A stretch of 64,000 nucleotides of DNA from NCBI GenBank assembly GCA_964648115.1, contig CAZYME010000005.1, positions 31,755 through 95,754 of the forward strand. The letters are read 5' to 3'. Numbering within the stretch: the stretch's first letter is position 1; every line of letters starts with the position of its first letter. Made by a program: the position numbers and the translations under genes. The notes below the pieces were generated by a model. The model did not search any database and had not been told where the DNA came from. It saw only the letters and a program-made list of their open reading frames with translations. Positions 1 to 10,728 of the stretch are shown here, one piece after another. This stretch comes from an uncultured Legionella sp. Lineage in GTDB: Bacteria; Pseudomonadota; Gammaproteobacteria; Legionellales; Legionellaceae.

Positions 1-988
1 ATTGAAAGTCCTTATCCAGGGGGATTAACGCTTGTTTTTGCGCATCGACAATAGCTTCAGCGAACCATTGCAATAACATTTCATTTAATTCACGGCAACG
101 TTTGATGACGTTAAAATAGGTTTTCATGAATTGTTCAATGGCTAGTGATTCTTTAGTGTCTTGGTAGCCGAATGTTGCGGCAAGCTTGATTTGATAATCA
201 AACAACAAGCGCTCTTCATTTTTTTGAGCAAGCATGTGTAATGCGAAACGTACGCGCCATAAAAAATGTTGGCAATGGATTAATTCTTCATATTCTTTGT
301 CGGTAATAAAGCCGCAATGGATACCATCGGAAAGTTTTTTAATCCCAAAATGGCGTTTGCTCACATTTAGCAATACGTGCAAATCACGCAATCCCCCTGG
401 CCCAGATTTAACATTGGGTTCGAGGTTGTAAGCTGTTTCTGCGTATTTTTCATAACGTAAATTTTGCTCTTCTAGCTTCGAGTAAAAATAATCATTACTA
501 GACCACATATGCAATGGATGCGTTTGAAGAAGCAAATCCTCCATGAGTGTGCTTCGTCCACAGACTAAATGCATGTCTAGAATGCTCGATATTACACTAA
601 GGTCATGGCTTGCAAGTTCAGCACAGGCATTTACTGTAGTAATTTGATGACTAACTTCTAAACCAATATCCCAACAATCTTGAATAAAAAGCTGTGCTTG
701 TTGCAAAAAAGGTTTGGTCGCCTCATCGTTATGCAATAATAATAAATCAATATCAGAGTAAAGCTGCAATTCACGGCGCCCATAACTGCCTAATGCTAGT
801 AAACAGCATTGATTATCTTCATCTAATCTGTGTTTTTGAAATAAAGCGATTAAAATCTTATCGATATAAGTGACTAGTGTATGGGTTATCGTGTTGATAT
901 TGGTGTGTTGGCAAAATTCTTTACACAGCTCTTCTTTAAACTGTTTAAGCGATTCTCTTAGAGAAAGATTGTCATTTTCAATAGACAT
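1..988 (-). CDS. glnD: [protein-PII] uridylyltransferase GlnD, N-terminal part (gene runs off left edge)
   Basis: Own minus-strand translation from ATG at 988: MSIENDNLSLRESLKQF...LLALGSYGRRELQLYSDIDLLLLH...YNLEPNVKSGPGGLRDLHVLL. These are the nucleotidyltransferase motifs typical of GlnD. The frame is open to position 1. It is absent from the ORF track because there is no stop in the window. Confidence 0.8.
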   Translation of the reverse strand, partial: MSIENDNLSLRESLKQFKEELCKEFCQHTNINTITHTLVTYIDKILIALFQKHRLDEDNQCCLLALGSYGRRELQLYSDIDLLLLHNDEATKPFLQQAQLFIQDCWDIGLEVSHQITTVNACAELASHDLSVISSILDMHLVCGRSTLMEDLLLQTHPLHMWSSNDYFYSKLEEQNLRYEKYAETAYNLEPNVKSGPGGLRDLHVLLNVSKRHFGIKKLSDGIHCGFITDKEYEELIHCQHFLWRVRFALHMLAQKNEERLLFDYQIKLAATFGYQDTKESLAIEQFMKTYFNVIKRCRELNEMLLQWFAEAIVDAQKQALIPLDKDFQ

Positions 989-1009
989 TTTCATATACGC
1001 CGTTTGATT

Positions 1010-1124
1010 GGTGGCGCTTCGCGCAGTTGTTGGGCCTAGGCTCAACCTACATAGAGATGTTCTTTCTACTACAAATTTGAAACGTAGGTTGGTTCATTGA
1101 CTCAACAAGCGCACGAAGTGCCAC
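1010..1124. repeat. Inverted pair of a ~40-bp palindromic unit (GTAGGTTGGGTCATTGACCCAACAA..GCGC..)
   Basis: 1010-1050 is the reverse complement of the unit seen forward at 1084-1124. The same unit recurs at 4976, 19405 and 28462, and at the ends of the elements at 9521 and 19405. Confidence 0.8.
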
Positions 1125-1139
1125 ATATATATGTTTTTT

Positions 1140-1565
1140 CTATTGCTTGCGATTTTTTTCCCAACCTTTCACCATTTCATCGTATTTTGCTTTTTGTTGA
1201 GCGGTTAGAATATTGTAGACCTGTTGTTTAACCATAATCTTGTTTTTTATTAAAGAGGACATAATTTCTTTTTTCTGGCTGAGTAGCGTTTCTAGTTTTG
1301 CTTCATCTAACTTATCAGCCTTGCCGAGCTCTTGAATTTGATGATCAACTACCACCAATTCCTTCTTTTTTGCAGCCCTTAAAACACTTGCTTGATCCCG
1401 TATTGCGTTAATTTGTGTTTGTTGCTCAGGGGTTAAATCAAGTTTTTTAAATAATTTGCAGGAGCATGGCTTACTAGCTTTTGTAGTAGAGCTATTAGCA
1501 AATATTACTTGGCTGCATGTAACAGAGGCGACGAGCGCCAATACCCATATTATTTTGCGGTTCAT
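1140..1565 (-). CDS. Periplasmic Spy/CpxP-family (LTXXQ) protein
   Basis: Start moved to MNRKIIWVLALVASV (signal peptide). Two LTxxQ motifs (LDLTPEQQTQI, NILTAQQKAKY) and a helical K/E-rich sequence. Confidence 0.6.
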   Translation of the reverse strand: MNRKIIWVLALVASVTCSQVIFANSSTTKASKPCSCKLFKKLDLTPEQQTQINAIRDQASVLRAAKKKELVVVDHQIQELGKADKLDEAKLETLLSQKKEIMSSLIKNKIMVKQQVYNILTAQQKAKYDEMVKGWEKNRKQ

Positions 1566-1743
1566 TTTGCTTCCTTGTAATTTAATGTGTAGATCTAACA
1601 TTATTATGCATTTAGATTGCCGGTAGCAAGCAATTGTGATATAAATAGCGCGCTTTTAACTACACACACGTTTCGTCACATGCGGCGGGGTCCCTTAAGG
1701 GTGTCGTATGGGAAATGTGGAGGCATAACCCTGGAGAATAGAT

Positions 1744-2679
1744 ATGAATGTTAGTATGCGTGAACTACTTGAAGCTGGTGCTCATTTTGGGCATCGTACC
1801 CGGTTTTGGAACCCTAAAATGGCAGAGTACATTTTTGGTTCTCGGAATAAAATCCACATTATCAATCTTGAAAAAACCATGCCAATGATGAACGATGCGT
1901 TGAATTACATCGGTAAACTGGCAGGAAATAAAGCAAAAATATTATTTGTTGGCACAAAAAGAGCTGCTCAAGAAAGTATCCGCGACCACGCTAAACGCGC
2001 TGGCATGCCATACGTAGATCATCGCTGGTTGGGTGGAATGTTAACCAACTATAAAACAGTTCGCCAATCTATTTTCCGTTTGAAAGAGTTGAAAAAGATG
2101 CGTGATGAAGGCGCATTTAACTCGATGATTAAAAAAGAAGCATTGATGTTGACGCGTGAACTGGACAAATTAGAAAGAAGTTTAGGCGGTATTGAAGATA
2201 TGGGCGGATTGCCAGATGCCTTGTTTGTAATTGACGTTGGCTTTGAGCATATCGCTATAGAAGAAGCACGCCGCTTAAAGATCCCGGTTATTGGTGTAGT
2301 CGATACAAATAACGATCCTGATAACATTGATTATATTATTCCTGGTAATGATGATTCAATGAGAGCGGTGGACATTTATGTGCGCTGTGTTGCTGATGCT
2401 ATTCTTGATGCTAGACAAGCTAACACAGTTGGTGGTTCAGCCGATTCTGAATTTGTCGAAGTTATTAGTGAAAAAGTTGCCAAAAAACCTGAACATAAGA
2501 AAGTAGAAGCTGAGAAAGTTGAACCTAAAAAAGCTGAAGCTAAAAAAGAAGAGCCTAAAAAAGTTGAAGTAGAAAAAACTGAAGCTAAAAAAGCCGAGCC
2601 TAAAAAAGCTGAAGCTAAAAAAGCCGAGCCTAAAAAGACTGAAGCTAAAAAAGCCGAACCTAAAAAGGCGAAAAAATAA
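1744..2679 (+). CDS. rpsB: 30S ribosomal protein S2 with long Lys-rich C-terminal extension
   Basis: [22 protein letters not shown]..., GGMLTN and [28 protein letters not shown] are unmistakable S2 sequences. RBS GGAG upstream. The tail is [12 protein letters not shown] repeats. Confidence 0.97.
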   Translation: MNVSMRELLEAGAHFGHRTRFWNPKMAEYIFGSRNKIHIINLEKTMPMMNDALNYIGKLAGNKAKILFVGTKRAAQESIRDHAKRAGMPYVDHRWLGGMLTNYKTVRQSIFRLKELKKMRDEGAFNSMIKKEALMLTRELDKLERSLGGIEDMGGLPDALFVIDVGFEHIAIEEARRLKIPVIGVVDTNNDPDNIDYIIPGNDDSMRAVDIYVRCVADAILDARQANTVGGSADSEFVEVISEKVAKKPEHKKVEAEKVEPKKAEAKKEEPKKVEVEKTEAKKAEPKKAEAKKAEPKKTEAKKAEPKKAKK

Positions 2680-2700
2680 ATAGGGCACCTTGCTCTACGA

Positions 2701-2743
2701 GCCCTACCTAGTGTGGATTTTCTGCAGTAGGTAGGGCTTTTTT
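2701..2743 (+). terminator. Hairpin plus T6 between rpsB and tsf (partial terminator or attenuator)
   Basis: GCCCTACCTA (2701-2710) pairs with TAGGTAGGGC (2728-2737), followed by TTTTTT. Confidence 0.6.
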
Positions 2744-2777
2744 AAAATCGCGATCCCCTTTTCTGTTAGACGGAGAA

Positions 2778-3665
2778 ATGTACATGACAATTAGTGCCGC
2801 AATGGTGATGAAATTACGTGAGCGTACCGGTGCTGGTATGATGGAATGCAAAAAGTTCTTGATAGCCACCAATGGTGATATGGAACAAGCAATCACTGAA
2901 ATGCGTAAAGCTGGTCAAGCAAAAGCAGATAAGAAAGCCGACCGTGTTGCGGCTGAAGGCGTGATTGTTATTGCAAGATCCGGAGATGGTCGAAGTGCCT
3001 TAATGCTCGAAATTAATAGTGAAACGGACTTTGTTGCTCGTGATGAAAGCTTCGCCTCCTTCGCAGAAAGCGTCGCTAAAACAGCATTAAGTGCCGGGAT
3101 TACCGACATCTCTGCATTAGCAAATGCAAATGTGGAAGGTGCTAAACTTACTGTAGAACAAGCAAGACAAGAATTAATCGCTAAGATCGGCGAAAATATT
3201 AAATTACGACGATTAGAAATAATGCGTTGTGACGGTGTTGTTGGTTCTTACCTTCATGGTGCTCGCATCGGTGTGCTGGTTGCACTGAAAAATGGTGATG
3301 AAGCGCTAGCAAAAGATATTGCAATGCACATTGCTGCAAGTCGCCCAGCAGTAGTGAATCGTGAGCAAGTATCTGCTGAGGCAATTGCAAATGAACGTGA
3401 AATATTCACAGCTCAGGCCCGTGAAAGTGGTAAGCCTCAAGAAATTATCGACAAAATGATTGAAGGTCGTATTAGTAAGTTTGTTGATGAGGTTAGCCTA
3501 TTAGGGCAGCCTTATGTTAAAGATCCAAACAAAAAAGTTGGACAGTTGTTGAAAGAGAAAAATGCTGAAGTTATTTCATTTGTGCGTTTTGAAGTAGGCG
3601 AAGGTATCGAGAAGAAAGAAGATAATTTCGTTGAGGAAGTGATGGCGCAGGTTCGTGAACAATGA
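2778..3665 (+). CDS. tsf: Elongation factor Ts
   Basis: [22 protein letters not shown] is the canonical EF-Ts N-terminus. Conserved position after rpsB. The start may instead be the ATG at 2784. Confidence 0.97.
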   Translation: MYMTISAAMVMKLRERTGAGMMECKKFLIATNGDMEQAITEMRKAGQAKADKKADRVAAEGVIVIARSGDGRSALMLEINSETDFVARDESFASFAESVAKTALSAGITDISALANANVEGAKLTVEQARQELIAKIGENIKLRRLEIMRCDGVVGSYLHGARIGVLVALKNGDEALAKDIAMHIAASRPAVVNREQVSAEAIANEREIFTAQARESGKPQEIIDKMIEGRISKFVDEVSLLGQPYVKDPNKKVGQLLKEKNAEVISFVRFEVGEGIEKKEDNFVEEVMAQVREQ

Positions 3666-4402
3666 TGAATGCTTCCCACCCAGAGCTCAAATATAAGCGC
3701 ATCTTACTCAAATGCAGTGGTGAAGCCTTAATGGGCAAATCACAATTTGGTATTGACCCGTCTGTTCTTGATAAAATAGCCAAAGATGTGGCTGAATTAA
3801 TTCAAATGGGCGTAGAAGTAGGATTGGTGATTGGTGGGGGCAATTTATTCCGTGGAAAAGCCTTGTCACAAGCAGGCGTAGGCCGAGTGACAGGCGATCA
3901 CATGGGCATGTTGGCCACTATGATGAATGCCTTGGCTATACGAGATGCTTTAGAGCGGATCGACTTGCCAGCACGGATTATGTCTGCTATTCCAATGCTT
4001 GGTGTGGTTGACTCCTATCATCGTCGTAAAGCAATGACACACTTGCGTAATGGCCAAGTGGTTATTTTTGCCGCAGGCACTGGTAATCCGTTTTTCACTA
4101 CAGACACAGCTGCTTGTTTGCGTGCTATTGAAGTCGGTGCTGATATTGTTTTGAAAGCAACCAAAGTAGATGGTATATACTCTGAAGATCCTATCAAAAA
4201 CCCAGCAGCAAAACGTTATGATTACTTGACATATCAAGAAATTTTAAGCCAAGGCTTGCAAGTTATGGATTCTACTGCTATTTGTTTATGTCAGGATCAA
4301 AACATGCCATTGCAGGTGTTTAATATGGCTGAGACAGATGCCTTAAAGAAAATCGTTTTAGGCGAGCGAGTAGGGACCCTTGTAGGAGCAAGTCATGATT
4401 AA
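3662..4402 (+). CDS. pyrH: UMP kinase
   Basis: [21 protein letters not shown] and [16 protein letters not shown] motifs. Overlaps the tsf stop. Confidence 0.97.
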   Translation: MMNASHPELKYKRILLKCSGEALMGKSQFGIDPSVLDKIAKDVAELIQMGVEVGLVIGGGNLFRGKALSQAGVGRVTGDHMGMLATMMNALAIRDALERIDLPARIMSAIPMLGVVDSYHRRKAMTHLRNGQVVIFAAGTGNPFFTTDTAACLRAIEVGADIVLKATKVDGIYSEDPIKNPAAKRYDYLTYQEILSQGLQVMDSTAICLCQDQNMPLQVFNMAETDALKKIVLGERVGTLVGASHD

Positions 4403-4952
4403 TGATATTAAGCAAGAAGCTGAAAAAAGGATGAAGAAAACGGTAGAATCCTTACAGCATGAAATGACTAAAATACGTACAGGTAGAGCCAATGCTAGTT
4501 TATTGGATCATGTACAAGTAGATTATTACGGAAGCCTTACACCACTGAGTCAGGTGGCAAACGTTACTAGTAGCGATTCTCGTACCTTAATGGTTACGCC
4601 CTGGGAAAAAAACATGGTCGCAGCCGTAGAAAAAGCTATATTGACTTCCGATTTGGGGTTAAATCCAGCAACTTCCGGTAATGCTATCCGTGTTCCTATG
4701 CCTGCATTAACAGAAGAGCGCCGCAAAGAAATGACACGTATTGTGCGTGGAGAGGCTGAGCAAGCTCGTGTTTCTGTACGAAATGCGCGCCGTGATGCTA
4801 ACAATCACCTTAAAGATCTAGTAAAAGATAAGGCCGTCGCGGAAGATGACGAACGCCGTGCTAATGATCTTATTCAAAAACTAACAGACAAATATATTGC
4901 TGATATAGACAGTGTTTTGGCTCAAAAAGAAAAAGATTTAATGGAAATATAA
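4395..4952 (+). CDS. frr: Ribosome recycling factor
   Basis: [21 protein letters not shown]...[12 protein letters not shown]. Conserved rpsB-tsf-pyrH-frr synteny. Confidence 0.97.
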   Translation: MINDIKQEAEKRMKKTVESLQHEMTKIRTGRANASLLDHVQVDYYGSLTPLSQVANVTSSDSRTLMVTPWEKNMVAAVEKAILTSDLGLNPATSGNAIRVPMPALTEERRKEMTRIVRGEAEQARVSVRNARRDANNHLKDLVKDKAVAEDDERRANDLIQKLTDKYIADIDSVLAQKEKDLMEI

Positions 4953-4975
4953 GCTCCACCGAATAATAATTTGAA

Positions 4976-5012
4976 GTAGGTTGGGCCATTCGGCCCAACA
5001 AGCGCACAAAAC
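4976..5012. repeat. Single copy of the GTAGGTTGGG..CCCAACAAGCGC palindromic unit
   Basis: GTAGGTTGGGCCATTCGGCCCAACAAGCGCAC. Hairpin GTTGGGCC/GGCCCAAC lies just after the frr stop. Confidence 0.75.
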
Positions 5013-5037
5013 AAGACTATCGATCCCCGCACTCCAA

Positions 5038-5766
5038 TTATATTCTTGCAATACAGCCCCATCTAGCATCCCACTGCAATTCCTTTACGCGTTGGCTATT
5101 TATCAGTAAATCTAATAAAGGCGCAACAGACGTACTTTTACAAGCAAGCACAATCATGTTTGCTGCCCCTTTAACGGGTAATGACACAGTACGTTTATTA
5201 AAAATTTCGCGCACATGTTTAAACAGAGATTCTTGCTCTTGTACGTTGGTTAAATTAAGCGAAAAAATACCATCAGGTAAGAGTAAACGCTGGCAATCTG
5301 AAAAAAACTCATATGTATTACACTGCGTAGGAAAGGAATGCGCTTCATACAGATCCACCATCAGATGTTGATAGTGGGATTTACATTGCTGGACAAAAAG
5401 ACTGGCGTCTTGATAAAGAATCGATAAATTTTTTAATCGATCGGCCATAAAATAGGTTGAGGCAATATTTATAACCTCGGTATTACTTTCCACTGCCAAG
5501 AGCGTTGAGTTTTTAAGATAAGGGGCTAATCCATGTGCTACTCCTGCTCCACCTAGACCAAGGAGGCAACAATCAGCCGGTTGCTCTCGTACGGCAAAGC
5601 TCAGTTGATGAATATAACCAAGCTCAGGCTTTTCTGGAGATCGACGATTTATTAATGTTTGTAGTGCATCACTATCAAGAGTTAACCAACGGTAAAGATA
5701 ATTTTGATGTACTTTCGCACCATTTGGGGCCTGGTAAATACATCTCCCCCCTAAGGTTTTCCACAT
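5038..5766 (-). CDS. Spermidine-synthase-like class I SAM-fold protein (function unknown)
   Basis: [11 protein letters not shown] Gly-rich loop followed by an acidic strand (LLAVESN, MVDLYEA). Its start overlaps the astB stop by 16 nt, so it is the last gene of the ast string. Confidence 0.55.
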   Translation of the reverse strand: MWKTLGGRCIYQAPNGAKVHQNYLYRWLTLDSDALQTLINRRSPEKPELGYIHQLSFAVREQPADCCLLGLGGAGVAHGLAPYLKNSTLLAVESNTEVINIASTYFMADRLKNLSILYQDASLFVQQCKSHYQHLMVDLYEAHSFPTQCNTYEFFSDCQRLLLPDGIFSLNLTNVQEQESLFKHVREIFNKRTVSLPVKGAANMIVLACKSTSVAPLLDLLINSQRVKELQWDARWGCIARI

Positions 5767-7127
5767 GTTCTCTCGCGTTGAAAAGAATAGATAGAGCCTA
5801 AGCCAAGTATAGATGTTAGCTCATCCAATGCAGAAAAACACTCATCGAGTAATGCCGGATCAGCTAAGTCATCAGCATGCAGTTGTGAGCGATAGTGCTT
5901 ATCCACCCAGTTATCCAAGGTATTTAGCAGAGCCTCATCAACCAAAACACCTTGATGCATTGCTGACAGCTCCTGCTCATTTAAGGCGACACGGAGGCGG
6001 AGACACGCAGGGCCACCACCATTTTGCATACTTTGTTTGAGGTCTAAATAATGTGCTTCTACAATAGGATTTCCGTCATCCGCTAGTAAGCGGTCAATAA
6101 ATGGTTTAATTGAGGGATGTTGCTCGCATTCTGCTGGCGCGATGAGCATCATTTTTTTCTTTTTAGAGTGCTCTGGCAATGTAATTAGCTGAGAGTTAAA
6201 TAAATAACTATTTACAGCATCAGCCACTGAGAATTGCTCATTGTTGACTTCAATAATTTGCAGTGGAAAGGAGGTTTTGGTTCGTAATTCAGCTAGCACA
6301 TCATCTTGATTAAGCAGGGCTTCTTTATGGATTAGCAATAAAAATTCGTTTGCTACAGCAATGACATCATTATGAAATACACCTTGATCAATAGCGGCGG
6401 GGTTTTGACAAGCAAAGACAACGTGGTTTGGGTTTAATAAATGACTACGTGCTATAGCTTGAGAGGCTTCTAAGGTTTGTCGTGCAGGGAACCGTTTAGG
6501 AGCTGGATATGCGTTCCCGGCAGGTAATGCACGCTTTCCATAAACAAATAAATAGGTGCCAATATCGTGATGATTTTCACACAGACGACTGTGATTTGCT
6601 GCTCCTTCATCGCTAGTGGTTACTGTCGTAGGGAGAGTAGGGTGATGATAAAAAAAACGTTCGTCAGAAAATAGTATCTGTAAAAGTTGGCGAGAAAACG
6701 CTGCTTCTTGTTGCCGATGTATATTACTCACCAAATTAGCCGCAGTAAAATGAACACGCTTATCTTCCGTATCAAGGCTTGCTGAAACAGTAGCAGCATT
6801 TGCCGTCCACATACTAGATGCAGAGTAGCAAGCACTCAAAAGGTTGCTGTCAGCACGCTTTGCCTTATTAATTTGCTCAACAGGCGTGCCGCTAAACCCT
6901 AATTGGTGTAACAGATGTAAGTTTGGACGTTGGTGTGGGGGGACAAGCGCTTGTTTAAGCCCCATTTGATGTAGCAAGCGCATCTTCTTTATGCCTTGGT
7001 GCGCCGCCGCAGCCGGGTTAGCGATGCTCAATGCATTTGAGGTCGACGCAATATTCCCAGCAGAAAGCCCAGCATAATGATGACTCGGCCCAACCAAACC
7101 ATCCATGTTTACTTCATAAACCGTCAT
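5751..7127 (-). CDS. astB: N-succinylarginine dihydrolase
   Basis: [24 protein letters not shown] at the N-terminus and [11 protein letters not shown] at the C-terminus, as in AstB. Confidence 0.9.
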   Translation of the reverse strand: MTVYEVNMDGLVGPSHHYAGLSAGNIASTSNALSIANPAAAAHQGIKKMRLLHQMGLKQALVPPHQRPNLHLLHQLGFSGTPVEQINKAKRADSNLLSACYSASSMWTANAATVSASLDTEDKRVHFTAANLVSNIHRQQEAAFSRQLLQILFSDERFFYHHPTLPTTVTTSDEGAANHSRLCENHHDIGTYLFVYGKRALPAGNAYPAPKRFPARQTLEASQAIARSHLLNPNHVVFACQNPAAIDQGVFHNDVIAVANEFLLLIHKEALLNQDDVLAELRTKTSFPLQIIEVNNEQFSVADAVNSYLFNSQLITLPEHSKKKKMMLIAPAECEQHPSIKPFIDRLLADDGNPIVEAHYLDLKQSMQNGGGPACLRLRVALNEQELSAMHQGVLVDEALLNTLDNWVDKHYRSQLHADDLADPALLDECFSALDELTSILGLGSIYSFQRERTCGKP

Positions 7128-7162
7128 CGATCATCTCCAGGTAATGCTCAGCTTGACTGCTG

Positions 7163-8008
7163 TTAATTAATTTCTTTCCGCGAAATATAAGCAAGCACTC
7201 GATCCAACATTTTCACAGTCAGCAGTCTTTTTAGCAGCGCAAAAGCATGGCTAGGAAATGTTACTGGATATTTGGCTTTAGGTGAGTTTTCTTCAACTGC
7301 TTTAATAAGCTTCTTTATTACTATCTCGGTACCTTTGGTGAAAACAGAGTCGGTTTTTTGTTGACGAAAGCTAGTTAGCATTTGTTGGTATTGTCGTTGA
7401 AAATGACTATGTTTCGTATTAATTTTTTTCAGTGAATAGTCCACCGCATTATCTCTAAAACGACTGTCAATTGGCCCTGGCTGAATAGTTATGACTTGAA
7501 TACCCGCTGGTTTAAGCTCAAGGCGTAAGGTGTCGCTTATGCCTTCAACGGCGTATTTTGAGGCATTGTAAGCGCCACGAAAAGGTAAACTAACCATCCC
7601 AAGAAGTGAGCTGATATTGATTATGCGCCCCTGATTTTGCTGCCGCATTACAGGAATAACCAGCCTTGTAAGCTCCATTAAACCAAAAACATTAGTAGTA
7701 AATTGATCACGCAAAATGTCATAAGGTACATCTTCCAACGCGCCGATTTGGCCATAACCAGCATTGTTAATAAGGACATCAATTCGGCCGTTCGTTTTAC
7801 TTAAAGCATCGGAAAAACCATTTGCAATTGACTTGGGATCATTTACATCCATAAAAATTGCTTCGAGACCGAGCCCAGTTAATTTATCTACATCTGCTTG
7901 TTTACGGCAAGAAGCAATAACACGATGCCCACGGTGAGCTAAAGCAAATGCGGCGTCATATCCTATTCCAGAAGAGCAGCCCGTAATTAAAATATTTTTT
8001 GGTTGCAT
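7163..8008 (-). CDS. Short-chain dehydrogenase/reductase (SDR) family oxidoreductase
   Basis: ILITGCSSGIG cofactor motif, NNAG, and the YxxxK catalytic motif (YNASKYAV). Confidence 0.85.
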   Translation of the reverse strand: MQPKNILITGCSSGIGYDAAFALAHRGHRVIASCRKQADVDKLTGLGLEAIFMDVNDPKSIANGFSDALSKTNGRIDVLINNAGYGQIGALEDVPYDILRDQFTTNVFGLMELTRLVIPVMRQQNQGRIINISSLLGMVSLPFRGAYNASKYAVEGISDTLRLELKPAGIQVITIQPGPIDSRFRDNAVDYSLKKINTKHSHFQRQYQQMLTSFRQQKTDSVFTKGTEIVIKKLIKAVEENSPKAKYPVTFPSHAFALLKRLLTVKMLDRVLAYISRKEIN

Positions 8009-8019
8009 TTACTACTTCC

Positions 8020-9498
8020 TTATAAAAGCGAGATCCCTGGTAATTGCTGGGTAGGAACTTGCAATACAGGTTGCTCAAGGCTTGCAATAGGATATGCGCA
8101 ATAATCTGCAGCAAAATACCCGCTTGGGCGATTATTTCCACTTCGGCCTACTCCACCAAAAGGAAGATTGCTAGCAGAACCTGTAGTTGGTCGATTCCAA
8201 TTGATTAGACCCGCATGAATCGTTCGGTAAAATTGCTGATAACGCTCATGGCTATCACTAAGGAGACCGGCTACTAAACCATAACGAGTTTTATTGGCCA
8301 GCGCCAATGCTTGTTCAAAATTTTGATAGCGATATATTTGCACTAAGGGTGCGAAAATCTCTTCATCAGGTGGATTTTCAACGCCAGTCATATCCAAGAT
8401 ACCTGGAGAAAGTAAACCTGAGTTTTTGGAAAGCAGTGTCATGTTAAGCAGCACATTACCGCCAGCTTCTTTCAAAGACTGCTGGGCTTTCAAATGCGCC
8501 AATGCATGCTCATAACTAATAACAGGCCCCATAAAGGGCTCTGGCTCATCAGTGTAAGCACCTACCCGTAATGATTTAGCAGCATGTATAAATTGATTAA
8601 GAAATTGATCGCCAAGTCCATTATCAGGAATAAGCACACGTCTTGCGCAAGTACAGCGTTGTCCAGCTGTGATAAATGTGGATAGCAGGGTGTGATAAAC
8701 GGCTGCTTGTATATTATCTACTTTATCAATAATTAAAGGATTATTACCTCCCATTTCTAAGGCTAGAATAATCTCGGGTCGATCGCTAAAGTGCTTATTG
8801 ATTTCCACACCTGCACGATAACTTCCCGTAAAATAAACCCCTTGGAAGTCCTGATCCAAAAGAATCTTGGCCGAGTTTATTCCCCCCTGGATACCATTGA
8901 TAACACCAGCCGGTAAATCACTGTCATGCCAGCATTGTAAAATGAACTCCGCAACAGCAGGCGTGAGCTCACTAGGTTTATAAACCACGGTATTGCCAGC
9001 AAGGATTGCGGGAATAATATGGCCATTGCTTAAATGTGCGGGGAAATTAAATGGGCCCAGGACTGCTACCACACCATGCGGTTTATAACGAATATGGCTA
9101 GTTGCTTCTGGATTAGACATTTCCTTTTCGGAGCAACGCTCCTGATACGCTCTAATTGACAAATTAGCCTTACCAATGACGGCACTGACTTCAGTTTTTG
9201 CTTCCCATAACGGTTTTCCAGCCTCTTGAGCAATCAACAAGGTTAGTTCTTCTCGTCTAGCCTCAACTTGTTTAGCAAAATTTTGAATGTATTCTATGCG
9301 GTTGGCAATATCTAGTTGGGCCCAGCGAGCTAAAGCATGATGCGCTGCGTCACAGGCGGTTAATATCTCGGCTTCTGTGGCATATGGGCCTTGCCATATT
9401 ATCCTGCCGTCAACAGGGTTCGTAGAGGTAAATGAGGAGCCCTGTCCCTTTATCCACTGACCGTTAATATAGTGCTTTGACATATATTGTTCCTTCAA
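8020..9498 (-). CDS. astD: Succinylglutamate-semialdehyde dehydrogenase
   Basis: [23 protein letters not shown] and [36 protein letters not shown] closely follow E. coli AstD as I remember it. Confidence 0.9.
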   Translation of the reverse strand: MKEQYMSKHYINGQWIKGQGSSFTSTNPVDGRIIWQGPYATEAEILTACDAAHHALARWAQLDIANRIEYIQNFAKQVEARREELTLLIAQEAGKPLWEAKTEVSAVIGKANLSIRAYQERCSEKEMSNPEATSHIRYKPHGVVAVLGPFNFPAHLSNGHIIPAILAGNTVVYKPSELTPAVAEFILQCWHDSDLPAGVINGIQGGINSAKILLDQDFQGVYFTGSYRAGVEINKHFSDRPEIILALEMGGNNPLIIDKVDNIQAAVYHTLLSTFITAGQRCTCARRVLIPDNGLGDQFLNQFIHAAKSLRVGAYTDEPEPFMGPVISYEHALAHLKAQQSLKEAGGNVLLNMTLLSKNSGLLSPGILDMTGVENPPDEEIFAPLVQIYRYQNFEQALALANKTRYGLVAGLLSDSHERYQQFYRTIHAGLINWNRPTTGSASNLPFGGVGRSGNNRPSGYFAADYCAYPIASLEQPVLQVPTQQLPGISLL

Positions 9499-9520
9499 TG
9501 CGGTGCAATATTGATATGTT

Positions 9521-9698
9521 AGGTCAAATGACCCAATGGCACTTACTTAAGGAAATTCCGGCTAAAAATAGCCCGTCTTTGCGAGCGTAGCGAAGCAATC
9601 CAGCGGCCCTAATGTCGCCAAGATAAAGACACTGGATTGCTTCGCTACGCTCGCAAAGACGTAAAGTAGGTGCCATTCAGTCAGATGACCCAACTTAC
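9521..9698. repeat. MITE-like composite palindromic element, copy A
   Basis: Inner 88-bp palindrome at 9574-9661 (CGTCTTTGCGAGCGTAGCGAAGCAATCCAG ... CTGGATTGCTTCGCTACGCTCGCAAAGACG), flanked by GGTCA.ATGACCCAA-type ends. Sits between astA and astD. An inverted near-copy is at 19405-19627 and shorter copies at 44066 and 27908. Confidence 0.85.
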
Positions 9699-9702
9699 AA
9701 GT

Positions 9703-10728
9703 TTACAACGGCGTTATTCGAACAGCATCCCCACATTTAAGTTGTAATAATTCTGTTGTAGCTTGATCCAACATACAGGACCCTTGTTGTTCATTAAAAA
9801 CCACTTGGCTTACTGTGGCGCGAAAACCTAAGTTAGTATTAGCTATTATGAAAGGCTGGCTGCTAACCTCATCGATAATATTGTTTAAGCTCATAATTTT
9901 GCTAGCGGCTGCGGTTTTTATCTGAGTCCGAGGTGCTTCGATAATGGGACCCGCATCGAAAATATCAATATAATTGTTATAGTGAAAGCCTTCACGTAAC
10001 AAAATATTCATTGCTGGTATGGTGGAGGTGTGCGGATGGCCGATTACCGCTTGGGCGGCAGGGGAGAGCAAAGGTACATAGATTAAATTTCTAGGCATCA
10101 AATCTGCAATAAATTGTTTGTTGGTTGAAAGCGTAAGGCGATCAGCTTCTGCAAAGGACATCTGGAAAAAATGACAACCGACTTGGTCCCAAAAGGGGGA
10201 GCGGCCGTCTTCGTCTGAAATACCCCGCATTTCTGCCACAATCGTGGGTGCAAAGCGATCTGGAAATTGGGCCATAAATAAAAAACGAGCGCGGGATAAC
10301 AAAAGACCATTGTGTTTACGGCGGTAAGTAGGATCTAGGTATAGAGTACAGAGCTCACTGTTGCCTTGGTTATCATTTACCAGGCTCAAGACCTCATAAT
10401 TATTTCGAATATTAAGCTCATGACAAATTCTGGTGCGCTTTGATACTTTGTAAGAATAAAAGGGGCTATCGTAACCGATGCTCGCTTCAATAGCTGAAGT
10501 ACCCACAATTTTACCGCTTTCTGCTTCCTCAAGCACAAATAAGTAATATTCATCGCCCGGGGATTCAATCGCTGCTTCGAAGGAAGCGCTAGATTTTGTA
10601 AGGCGTTTTTTAAGTAGGTCAATGTCTTTTGGCAGCGTGGTTATACCAACAACCCCGCTGCCAGAAGCTAAACGATGAATAGCTGTTAAATCCTCTTTGG
10701 TAGCCGCGCGAAATAACATCATTGTCAT
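9703..10728 (-). CDS. astA: Arginine N-succinyltransferase
   Basis: SELCTLYLDPTYRRKHNGLLLSRARFLFMA, VAEMRG and NYIDIFDAGP parallel E. coli AstA. Confidence 0.9.
   Translation of the reverse strand: MTMMLFRAATKEDLTAIHRLASGSGVVGITTLPKDIDLLKKRLTKSSASFEAAIESPGDEYYLFVLEEAESGKIVGTSAIEASIGYDSPFYSYKVSKRTRICHELNIRNNYEVLSLVNDNQGNSELCTLYLDPTYRRKHNGLLLSRARFLFMAQFPDRFAPTIVAEMRGISDEDGRSPFWDQVGCHFFQMSFAEADRLTLSTNKQFIADLMPRNLIYVPLLSPAAQAVIGHPHTSTIPAMNILLREGFHYNNYIDIFDAGPIIEAPRTQIKTAAASKIMSLNNIIDEVSSQPFIIANTNLGFRATVSQVVFNEQQGSCMLDQATTELLQLKCGDAVRITPL

Noticed and set aside
234-431. 65-aa plus-strand ORF
   Set aside because: It lies antisense within the glnD reading frame, which shows clear GlnD motifs.
1602-1743. 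Conserved gammaproteobacterial rpsB autoregulatory leader
   Set aside because: It is plausible from position, and GC-rich segments could pair (GCGGCGGGGTCCCTTAAGGGTGTCG). I cannot verify the structure or homology by eye, and it needs a covariance-model search.
2437-2688. 83-aa Phe-rich ORF on the minus strand
   Set aside because: It is the antisense mirror of the AAA/GAA-rich repeat encoding the rpsB Lys-rich tail, so it is a low-complexity artefact.
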